A stretch of DNA of 53,515 bases from a virus (Duplodnaviria; Caudoviricetes). A model generated the notes under the pieces. The model was given only the letters and a program-made list of their open reading frames with translations. It was not told the origin of the DNA and did not search any database. Below are positions 11,501 to 19,063 of this stretch, piece after piece. The position numbers and the translations under genes are program-made. The stretch lies in IMG/VR virus record IMGVR_UViG_3300021373_000958, positions 1 to 53,515 of that record; one strand, 5' to 3'. Each line of letters opens with the position of its first letter. The first letter of the stretch is position 1.

Positions 11501-14496
11501 ACTGCTTGCTTCATCAAATCTCTTGCTTTATTAAAAGCAGTGATAGATTCCGCTTCTTCTCCAACTAATCCATTACTGATTGGATTTCCGCTTCCATCAA
11601 AGTAATATTTTGTAGCAAGAATAATATTTGAGTTGCCGCCATTATAAAGATCGTTTGCAGTCGCTTTTACAATATACCCGATATCACGCTTGCATTTTAC
11701 AGGATCTGGATTTGTAAATGTTGGATGAACAATAGCAATTTCATCATATGCAGTGTCTACAATTTCTGTAAAGTTGGCGTAGATTAGATTTCTACCATCC
11801 TTAAATCTGTGTCCATCTGTATCGACATTATCATCTGGAATATAGAAATCTGGGAATTGAGTTGATACGAAACCAATTGTTTCTTCGAGAATTAACTCTT
11901 CATTTCTAGCAATCAACTCAGATGCATCTAGATACCTATCAGCAGCGTTATTAGTGATAACATCAACGAATAAGTAACCTAGAGTATCAATCGCAGCAAC
12001 AACATCTGCACAGGTAGCAGATGGTCCTGGTGTGAATGTGCTGTCCTCAATTACAGAAGTGTCTGTGTAATACGAAAGTGCCGAATATTCTGGGGTATAT
12101 TGTGGTTCTGAATATAAACCAGAACCAGTGTGCCAGTTTCTTACAGCAAGTTTACACAAATCTTTTGCGATTTCAAATGCTCTTACAGTTTCTGTAATTT
12201 CGTTACCAATGTATCCAATTTGTGTTCCTGAGACATAACGGTTTGCAGCTTCAATAACATTAAAGTTGCTGCCAAATTGTAAATCCTGAACGATAGAATA
12301 TACAAAGTGTCCAATATCTCTACGACACTTATTTGGATCTGGTTGGGTAAATGTCGTGAAGTTTACACCGTCAAACTCATCTGTGACTTTAAGATAAGTT
12401 TCGTCCTTAATAAACTCAACGTTATTCTTGATTAAGTTTGTAGCATCTTGCCATCTTCTTCCGAGTGATGGAGTTGCTTCAAAATTATTTGGTGAGTTTA
12501 GAAGTGATACTAAAACATAATGGGAATATCCTCTAACATTTACAGCAACTGGAACAAAGTTTGAATCGGTAAATGATGGAAGTTTCTTTGGAATTACAAA
12601 TCTTCTTGCGCGACCATCAGCATCTTCAATAATCTTATAAATTCTCTGAACACCGTTTAGTTCTGCTAGATTTCCTACCAATCCAGTGATAAGGACTTCA
12701 GATCCTTCTTTAAAATCATGAGTATTTGCTCTACCAGTAATTGGGTTGGTGTAGAATACAATACCACCAAGATCATCGTCTCCACCAAATCCACCAGTAA
12801 ATGTTCCCTGTAGAGAACCATCAATTCTGGTAATTGAAATTGGAGTTCCTGGCTCTGTTCCATGGAATACAACTTCGCCTTCCGCACGAATAGATTTTAG
12901 GTCGTTAGAAACAAATTCGTATGTTGTGATGTTTGGATCTGTTCCAACATCATATTGGTAAATATCAGCAAAGTTGAATGCTCCACTGACAACTTCAATA
13001 TCAACAGTACCTGTTGTATATCCATCAGGCGCTTCCGTGGAATCGTATGTAACACCGATCACAGTACCAATGGCACTACTGTTAACACCTTGAACTGTTG
13101 CTCCAATTGTTAAGAAAGAACTAACTGGATCTCCTCCAACAACTTCAATACCAGTATGATCCTGGAACGTAATTCTAAACTTTTGCTTACCAAAAATTTG
13201 GTGACCGATTGGGAAGTTTCTTAGGAAATCTCCACCAGCAGTTGGTTCGTAGTAAAGTCTTTGCTTATCGTCAAAAGCAACAGCGAAATCCCAAGTTTCG
13301 TCTGCTCTTCCTTCTGAATCTAGTTTATCTCTAAAGACAATTCCGCTAATATAGTTCTTGTCCGCAAACTTGAACATGTGTTTGCGAGGATTTTTTGGTC
13401 TGATAATTACCAGACGTAGGTTATCACCAACAACTGAACAATCGGGTGGAATTGAAATTGGGTTATCTTCTGAATAATCGCCACCAGAAATAATAACTGT
13501 TTCCTTTACACCAATAGTTTCGGTAGCGATCTGACATGCTCTCTTAATTGTTCTTACAGGAGTTGCAGCAGATCTACCTGTGTTTACGTCATCACCAATT
13601 TCTTGTGAAACATAAACACGACCACCAACGTCATTGGTTGCTAGATTGAGAACATATTCTGTAGTAGCAATTCTGTCTGATCTATCTCCTAGAGGTGGAG
13701 TTACAGATCTTGGATATACAGTTTGACCATAAAATGGTTTTTCTTGATCGTCAACTCTATAACCAATATGCTTTAGAGTTACTTCTCCATTAATATCCGA
13801 TCCATCTTTGAATAGTGGAGCATTGGTTCCTGTTCTACCAGTATTTTCTACACGATATACATTATCTCCAAAATATAGATACGTATCTTCGGGGTAAGTT
13901 GTTGAGGCTTCCCAAATACTTCCAGCAGCATTTGAGTAGATTTTTAAGTCTGGAGCCCTGAAGTTGATATCTGGAGTAACAAAGTTTTCAATATCAAGGT
14001 TTAAAATTCTTGCAGTATCAGAAATAATAGACGTTGATGTTCTGATAGCACCGTTAACGTCGAGTTCATAATCTACGCTGTCCAAAAACGCAGTTGCAGA
14101 AGCACCAACGCCACCTCCACCAGATACTGTAATTGTTGGTGGAGTAGAATAACCAAAACCAGGATTGTCAACAGAAATGCTACTTACTGCTTCTCCCAAA
14201 ACATTAGCAGTTGCTGTTGCTTGAACGCCAAGAATAGGATCATCTGGAGCGGAGATAATTACATCTGGGACAGAAGTATATCCGCTACCCGTGGTATCAA
14301 CAGCAATTGATTCTAGTCTTCTACCAGTTCTATTAACACCAACTCTAGGCAGTTTACTAGTAGGATCAATAAGGAAACGCATAATTTCCTTTTCATCTGT
14401 TCCAGCACCAGAACGGACTGTCAAGTCATCTGAACTAGCAATTTTTAGATTTGAAGACCTAAGCTCCTGCTTGTCGGCATTAAATTCTAAACTCAT
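5506..14496 (-). CDS. giant (2996 aa) tail fibre/tailspike-like virion protein with beta-helix, helical CxRD repeats and fibre repeats
   Basis: G/T/S/N-rich; GSGY..P.V repeats; YVS..GDD..G.S...P.RTI.RA beta-helix cap; DADKLDG/DADVLDG and VLKSGDTMTGNL fibre motifs; C-terminal GPITV...TWTVI; ATAAATA at 14536-14542. Confidence 0.8.
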   Translation of the reverse strand: MSLEFNADKQELRSSNLKIASSDDLTVRSGAGTDEKEIMRFLIDPTSKLPRVGVNRTGRRLESIAVDTTGSGYTSVPDVIISAPDDPILGVQATATANVLGEAVSSISVDNPGFGYSTPPTITVSGGGGVGASATAFLDSVDYELDVNGAIRTSTSIISDTARILNLDIENFVTPDINFRAPDLKIYSNAAGSIWEASTTYPEDTYLYFGDNVYRVENTGRTGTNAPLFKDGSDINGEVTLKHIGYRVDDQEKPFYGQTVYPRSVTPPLGDRSDRIATTEYVLNLATNDVGGRVYVSQEIGDDVNTGRSAATPVRTIKRACQIATETIGVKETVIISGGDYSEDNPISIPPDCSVVGDNLRLVIIRPKNPRKHMFKFADKNYISGIVFRDKLDSEGRADETWDFAVAFDDKQRLYYEPTAGGDFLRNFPIGHQIFGKQKFRITFQDHTGIEVVGGDPVSSFLTIGATVQGVNSSAIGTVIGVTYDSTEAPDGYTTGTVDIEVVSGAFNFADIYQYDVGTDPNITTYEFVSNDLKSIRAEGEVVFHGTEPGTPISITRIDGSLQGTFTGGFGGDDDLGGIVFYTNPITGRANTHDFKEGSEVLITGLVGNLAELNGVQRIYKIIEDADGRARRFVIPKKLPSFTDSNFVPVAVNVRGYSHYVLVSLLNSPNNFEATPSLGRRWQDATNLIKNNVEFIKDETYLKVTDEFDGVNFTTFTQPDPNKCRRDIGHFVYSIVQDLQFGSNFNVIEAANRYVSGTQIGYIGNEITETVRAFEIAKDLCKLAVRNWHTGSGLYSEPQYTPEYSALSYYTDTSVIEDSTFTPGPSATCADVVAAIDTLGYLFVDVITNNAADRYLDASELIARNEELILEETIGFVSTQFPDFYIPDDNVDTDGHRFKDGRNLIYANFTEIVDTAYDEIAIVHPTFTNPDPVKCKRDIGYIVKATANDLYNGGNSNIILATKYYFDGSGNPISNGLVGEEAESITAFNKARDLMKQAVTNQLTVTDLTITADPATGSNTDPNSCANVRAAIDTLVGVITDAVSNGNLNNLPTVNYGDYVVGENVCKRDIGYILQSLRRDMVLGGNSGMVTSAEAYFTGGVLTGISQPELPVTRYAFEKVRDLCILAVRNWHTGTGAYSEPVYQPLYSILPLYTDSTVTEDTTTPTCADVVSTITTSFQTVDDILAGGTPPAKTYGTLYNTDSILNVPELSMYDIDQKRVNILSTYMDLPIIEASPYIQNASVISFKGGGGCEIDGSKVKQPNCPFPGLDANGNAETPNQGKSMVAAQFTIVSFNGTGYKIINDGYTQLVSVFVLFAKDGVLAESGGYASITNSATNFGIYALRATGYRDEAYSFDIGTVVSTNITPNGSTILRVGGLGREPLEHYVVKFADFENQDPNIEYFVDSVGSVTVGPPFTASLSLNAPILIQDKATQTPVLNVDDATMVGTQVRLHRPSIVNSSSHTWEYAGSGTDYNALPENGGTKIDGYEQVSENYGRVYVSGTDELGDFKVGTFAKIENRTGNITFTGTVSISEVEFLKLKGGDVVVTGFSAANDLGGAFSSNSLISTQKAVKDYIGNNLGPYLNKPYSTSAVPRALVELTDSGKISLDQIPALRPFSIYTVADEAERLSLEGPLAGDIAIQGDTNTSYILENDLTSSYLGINVDPTLVFTNGQLLTGDITGGIQQVTDYVEGVVYEIQIVDGGSGYTSAPTVSIAAPASGTTATATATIADGKVILITITENAGYVGGQGYTTAPGISFSAPGAGGTTASANSLIESRVYANIVNNIKIEDTDNIEDHAPAPNLVNVLRVVNTSAQDIDNWVSLSTTSVAVNNITGPGKMSTTLLGDGAASSFTFLAGDQTYKPVTQTIKALENRYFLKTISASNTPSQQLVFNADSQLLIGHELVPGSYFAEDTTISQIVVADGEATLTLSTPIQSSVPSGAVVEFIRPDSPLVFDASNVKVNYIDKIVITNPGNGYTDGEYFGVDVSSGGVGTDCFANIVVTNGGVTSVIVTDGGSNFTDDYTISPNPTILGTGNGLVLAAKVANSVKNSGVIGMDIRRVDDKTLDADPYGNAGIVRFLKSDTATGRIGQFRFVSGGGVYIDQGPESGFDADKLDGQHGNYYLDGQYFIDSSIGPSKLGSGTYSISISGQSGNTIRLNTQTLNSGNSGLPNTFNVGITSAWKTNLSDGLADPTRPDDPDSGYHGVITFRQFGDTSNDDTGGGVRQLAFTDKNNLWLRGSGAGVSEWSDWRLLWHDGNDGVGSGLDADVLDGKQGTWYQNGRNINFGRIGASHMPELFDNTHIYETLSVKNYSGNSIFDVYISGRVLNTFPFLINETINLYDSDSQGVGTVYVLNVITDDTNTDPTEHYTILRVRLDNGGFGASGAIRIGTASINVPFDDYTPATLTTYELASLTGSGGQAALTLGASAVSGSPEILFRSSGNGNAFDVSITATGGGTAGNPGQGSLNITAFDPNSLTLNNNKVWNEGNVTFEVGLSSGSYNSSVANGTAVIRDSSGNFAANNITASLTGAASLNVLKSGDTMTGNLTVGSTATGSGRFVRVLTNDSNNAGFEAYGNSQGTGYLYVGQSSTYGGGLAYNGDGSPTFSSGELADRIAFYRKDNGTNTVVFQYPYNSNTVTFTGRIESPEVVINGGTASATNDATVYITATNNNDWGLIVDKYNGSANEYGLKVDVGSGATYAIQVRGNDAETFRVNGAGGIFGTSLTLGTGDIVSARNVTLTGSISLTGNSTRITQTSTSTWSGDAGSGVGKLEYHSNRWYINAGSNSTEVVRFRRGGSNVGYMDNSGNLYLGSSNTATLTAGVARLTGNSDGIMMTGTAPTITFRDTNNRSGYIHVNSNLMYFLCGATNASTGAWTQVANSRWPLYLNLTNNQAVFGGDIDANTGNIYAKTFRTYTASFGSTSLGNNSNNNNNVLYANGDRQWLDTYGVVKANRQSIAENLTIPTTLNACSYGPITVNSNITVYIGNGGTWTVI

Positions 14497-14554
14497 CTTA
14501 CTGGAAACTCCAAGATTTTATTGTATCCCTCGTTCTATTTATTACGAGATTAAA

Positions 14555-15058
14555 TCATAAAGTGCAAGTTATGACTTGTATATATCCAATCCACTTTGCA
14601 TTATCTGCAGCGCCAGATCTGGTAGTTGCGTAACTATATTTGTTATTTGCACCACCATCGTATTCTTCTACTGCCCAAGTCTGATCTGAAGGAACCTTAT
14701 CAGAAATAATACTTTTAATATTTGATCTAGAAATAACATCACCAGTTGCATCTACTGTAACAACAGTTTCAAATTTTACAGAGTAATATGCAGAACCAGT
14801 TGTGTTAATACCAATAATTTTTGAGTTGATAAAATTAATTGTATTGCTAGGAAGATCGATCAAATTACTTCCATCTAAGGTCATAAATCCAGTATTTACA
14901 CCTCTAACAATATAATCATTTTTAATGGCATCGGTGTAGTTTGCATTTTGAATTGATAAACTATTGATATTCTTCAAATCTCTTTCAGCAGATATAACTG
15001 GTGTATATCCTACAGAAAATCCATGCCCCGAATCTAGCGGATTGTTTGTTAAAGCCAT
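14555..15058 (-). CDS. hypothetical virion structural protein
   Basis: 167-aa beta-rich ORF between two fibre-like genes. Confidence 0.65.
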   Translation of the reverse strand: MALTNNPLDSGHGFSVGYTPVISAERDLKNINSLSIQNANYTDAIKNDYIVRGVNTGFMTLDGSNLIDLPSNTINFINSKIIGINTTGSAYYSVKFETVVTVDATGDVISRSNIKSIISDKVPSDQTWAVEEYDGGANNKYSYATTRSGAADNAKWIGYIQVITCTL

Positions 15059-15069
15059 GTTAGGTTACT

Positions 15070-18000
15070 CTATTTTTTTACGTTAGTTCTGACTACGGTG
15101 ATGTTAACAATTTCACCAGTAGTAATACCACTATCTAATGCTAAAGACAAACGAACTTTTCCAGTGGCATTAAGATCTACTACAGCAGCAAAAAGATTTG
15201 TAGTTTTGTTTGTTCCATATTCAACAGTATATAGGTCACTTCCTTTTACAATCACACTAATTTCTTCTGTGTGAATGTCTTCTGTCGTTGTGTTATATGC
15301 TGTTACAATAACTTTTGAACTCTTTGCTTCTACTGGATCATACAAAACAACAGTTCCAGTATCAGTAGTTCCTTTGGTTAGAACTACATCATCTGTCTTG
15401 ATTTGAACGTCATCCAATTCAAAAGTTTTTAGGAAGGCATCAATAAATTTGACCCCCTCAAAAACTCCAGTTCCATATCCTTTATTCAAGAAAATTTCGC
15501 CAGCATCAGACAATCTTAATACTGTATCGATAGTTAGACCAGTGCTGAGACCAAGATCTAAATTATTTACCGACGAATATACAAGAGTAGTTGTAGCGTC
15601 TGATACATCAATTCCAGAATGTAGATTATTGAATGTTACATTCTCAACATTAATATTGAGTGCATTGCTTGTCGAACTAATACTGTCAATAGTTCCAAAC
15701 AGAACTTGTGACTGTGTTACTTGTAAAGTGTTGTCGTCGTTGTTGTAGAAGTATAAAATGTTTTCATTAGCACCTGCAGCAGATTCTGGAATAATATAAG
15801 TATTTCCATCTACGTCTCTTACTCCGCCAAGAGAAGACCAATTTGAAGCAGCAGCATTGTATCCTTCATACTGATTGATCTCATTGTTATATCTAATAGA
15901 ACCAGCAACGGGAGTTCCTCTCTGCAGGTTATCTCCAACTGGAACTGCAAGAGATCCTGTCGCTGTTACGACGAGATTAGAACCATCTGGAATTTTAATA
16001 GAAAGATTTCCATCTGCTTCAATCTCTTCGCCAGTTATTAATAAATTTCTTCCACTGATAGTATTTGATGCATGAATTGTGCTGTCTGTAAAGATTACTT
16101 CATTGATATCTTCAAATTCGATGTTTCCCGCTGTAGTTCCATACCAAGTTAGTTCTAGAGCTACAGCAATTTCGGTAATTGTAATCGTTAGATCATCAAC
16201 TCCATCAGTTCCTCCAATAAGAGAACCAAGAATAGTAATAACATTATCTACTCCTCCCCCACTAGTAGAATAACCACCAGATCCTTGACTTAGAAGATTT
16301 ACTTGAACTGTTCCAAGTTGGAATATAATTTCAAATTGTGCAGAACCATAAGTATCATCATAACTATACGTTCCTGCCGCATTATTTCCAGATGGAGTTG
16401 AAACGGTAAATTCTGCAATAGCACCAGCAATAGTTGGTGTGCCTCCATTAGCGGTTACGGCACCAGTTTCGTGTGTTGGAGCAATTGTATCTGACAGACC
16501 AGCAACAGTTACTTCATATACATTAAGATCTTGATATAACAATTCTCCAAGACCATAATATGTGTTTCCTGCCCATACTGTATAAGATGACACATCTGTG
16601 GACTTAAACTTATTTGCAGACTTTAAATTGATTGTTGATTGACTGATGGTTAGACTATTGGTTCCTCCATTATAGAACCAGAAAGTATTATCATTTGCAC
16701 CAGTAAATTCTTCAGCAAGAATATATGTATTACCATCAACGTCTCTTACACCACCCAGAGATGACCATGCTGCGGCAATACCATTATATCCTTCATACTG
16801 CTGCGTCTCAGTGTTAAATCTAATTGAACCACTTTCTGCTTTTGCTCCTTGTGGTCTTTGACTAATATCTCCAGACGGAATAATTAATGACATCGTGCCA
16901 CTAACTTTAGCATTTGTATTTGCTATAGGGGCAAGAACAACATCCGAAGTTCCTAGAGATGCAACTGTGTTATTAGTAATAGTAAGTTGGTCGTTAGAGT
17001 TAAACGAACCAGTTGACTTCAATACTCCACTGGTGGTTAAATTGCCAGTTGATGCTTGAACGGAAAGTGCTGCTCCAACATTAAAATTATTACCAGGAGT
17101 TACTGTAAAATTAGTAGTTCCTCCAGTTGTGACTGCAATTCCAGCACCTCTATCTGTTAATGTCGCAATTTTAAGGGCACTGATCTCACCATTTGTGGAA
17201 GTAAGTGTGGATACGGTTCCAGTTGTTGCTGTTAGATTTGTTGTGACGGTATCTAATGCAGTTACACTACCATCAATAATATCAAGAGAAACACTATCTA
17301 AAATAGTAACACTATTTACTAGTAATTGAAATCCAGATCCTGGTGGATTTGGATTATTTGGATTTATAGTTATGGAAGAAGTTCCTCCATAATTTGGATT
17401 ACCTGTACTGAAATAATACAGAGTTGATGGGAATGTATCAGATACAATTACTGTTAATTTATTATTCTCAGCATCACGAGTAACTCCATTTTGATACTCA
17501 GTTGGACCATCAATAGTTTGACTTAAAGCAAACGGATTGGATGCAGAATATGTAAATTCATAAGATCCGCCTTCGTATAGAGTTAAATTTGGAGTATATT
17601 GAGCTCCATTTCCATCATCAAGATCAATTCCCGCTCTATTCTCCGTTGTGACGGTATTAACAGTGTAAACTGGAGTTGCAACTCCATTTAATACTACAAG
17701 TTCTGTAGCTGAAAAATTTCCATCTTGTAAAACTACTGAAGCAATATTTCCACCAGAAGTGGTAATTTCCTTAATTGAAAATTGAGTTCCATCTAATGTT
17801 GAAAGTTCTAGAGTATCTCCAATGGAAAATGTTGCAGCAGAAATAGTTTCTACAAATGTAATCCTCTGTACCGTAATATCTGATACTGTATATGGGGTTG
17901 GTACAGTTAAATTAGCATCATTTACATTAAGAACATCTCCAGTAGCATAACCATTGCCACCATCGACAATCGATACAATTGAAACAGCCTGTGTTGCAGA

Positions 18001-18861
18001 AATGGTATATCTAAATCCAGAACCACCACCATATGGAGGAACAATAGTAATTGTGGATGCACCATCAATTTCTGGATTTGCAGATAATTCTAAAGTAGTT
18101 GCATCGATAATAGATGAAACGATAGTCCCTGCCGCAATTCCAGTTCCAGTTACCGTTGAATTTACAAGAACATTTGATGTATCATCAATTATGATCTGAA
18201 CATCTGCAGTAGACAAAGTTGTTGTTGCTGTTCTTTGTCCATAAAGACCAAGGATAGTATTTGCTGTATATCCAGTGCCATACTGTCCAATTGTTAAGGT
18301 ATCTACATTTCCACTAGCATTAACTGTTATTGTAAAAAATGCATCCGAACCAGATCCAGAAATAACTTGAAGTGGAATTGATGTATAGGATCCTTCAGTA
18401 TAACTAGATCCAGCGTTAGTAATAGATCCAACCCAATCTGTAACTGTAATATCAGCAGTAGCTCCATTACCTGTTCCACCAACAAGAGGAACGGCAGAAT
18501 ATGCTCCAATGCTATATCCAGAACCAGGAGAGGTAACAATAATGTCGTTATTAGTAATATAATATTTTCTTAAATTGATATCTGTATAGTATACAGTTCC
18601 CGTAATTGCTAAATCTACAATATCTTTATCAGATGCTGCAGCAGATAAAACACCAAGAGTTTTTCTGTAAAAACCGAGAGAATTTTCATTCGCATAAGAA
18701 AACGACGGCGCGGAAACGCTGCCATCTAATAATTGAATTCCTCCAAAAGTTTGAGAGGCTGAACCAGAGGAAAGATTAAATAAATCTTGCCCGATAGAGT
18801 TGATCGTTTGCCTTTGTTTTTCAAAGGTATCTGTCTTTGCAACGGATCTAAGAACTGCCAT
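15070..18861 (-). CDS. large (1263 aa) fibre-like virion structural protein
   Basis: N-terminal LRSVAKTDTFEKQRQTIN, DGSVSAPSFSY motif, G-x-G-Y repeats, duplicated P.G...QR...GSIR.N.E..QYEGY...WSSLGGVRDVDGNTYI module. Confidence 0.75.
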   Translation of the reverse strand: MAVLRSVAKTDTFEKQRQTINSIGQDLFNLSSGSASQTFGGIQLLDGSVSAPSFSYANENSLGFYRKTLGVLSAAASDKDIVDLAITGTVYYTDINLRKYYITNNDIIVTSPGSGYSIGAYSAVPLVGGTGNGATADITVTDWVGSITNAGSSYTEGSYTSIPLQVISGSGSDAFFTITVNASGNVDTLTIGQYGTGYTANTILGLYGQRTATTTLSTADVQIIIDDTSNVLVNSTVTGTGIAAGTIVSSIIDATTLELSANPEIDGASTITIVPPYGGGSGFRYTISATQAVSIVSIVDGGNGYATGDVLNVNDANLTVPTPYTVSDITVQRITFVETISAATFSIGDTLELSTLDGTQFSIKEITTSGGNIASVVLQDGNFSATELVVLNGVATPVYTVNTVTTENRAGIDLDDGNGAQYTPNLTLYEGGSYEFTYSASNPFALSQTIDGPTEYQNGVTRDAENNKLTVIVSDTFPSTLYYFSTGNPNYGGTSSITINPNNPNPPGSGFQLLVNSVTILDSVSLDIIDGSVTALDTVTTNLTATTGTVSTLTSTNGEISALKIATLTDRGAGIAVTTGGTTNFTVTPGNNFNVGAALSVQASTGNLTTSGVLKSTGSFNSNDQLTITNNTVASLGTSDVVLAPIANTNAKVSGTMSLIIPSGDISQRPQGAKAESGSIRFNTETQQYEGYNGIAAAWSSLGGVRDVDGNTYILAEEFTGANDNTFWFYNGGTNSLTISQSTINLKSANKFKSTDVSSYTVWAGNTYYGLGELLYQDLNVYEVTVAGLSDTIAPTHETGAVTANGGTPTIAGAIAEFTVSTPSGNNAAGTYSYDDTYGSAQFEIIFQLGTVQVNLLSQGSGGYSTSGGGVDNVITILGSLIGGTDGVDDLTITITEIAVALELTWYGTTAGNIEFEDINEVIFTDSTIHASNTISGRNLLITGEEIEADGNLSIKIPDGSNLVVTATGSLAVPVGDNLQRGTPVAGSIRYNNEINQYEGYNAAASNWSSLGGVRDVDGNTYIIPESAAGANENILYFYNNDDNTLQVTQSQVLFGTIDSISSTSNALNINVENVTFNNLHSGIDVSDATTTLVYSSVNNLDLGLSTGLTIDTVLRLSDAGEIFLNKGYGTGVFEGVKFIDAFLKTFELDDVQIKTDDVVLTKGTTDTGTVVLYDPVEAKSSKVIVTAYNTTTEDIHTEEISVIVKGSDLYTVEYGTNKTTNLFAAVVDLNATGKVRLSLALDSGITTGEIVNITVVRTNVKK

Positions 18862-19054
18862 TTTTGATTAACTCTCTCAGTAGTGATTTGATTTCAGTGA
18901 TTTCATTCTTCAACATATTTATGTCGTCCAACGCGGAATTAAGACGCTTCAACTTACGCCTAGCTTCTATAGCAGAATCGTTGTAATTCAAGATGGCACC
19001 TGTGGTCTCGTCCCTGACAAGACCATCATGCCCTTCAACTTTGATATACGACAT
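18848..19054 (-). CDS. conserved small cyanophage protein with coiled-coil C-terminus
   Basis: MSYIKVEGHDGLVRDETTGAILN...LKNEITEIKSLLRELI, typical downstream neighbour of the VrlC-like gene. Confidence 0.75.
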   Translation of the reverse strand: MSYIKVEGHDGLVRDETTGAILNYNDSAIEARRKLKRLNSALDDINMLKNEITEIKSLLRELIKNGSS

Positions 19055-19063
19055 ACGCGGAAA

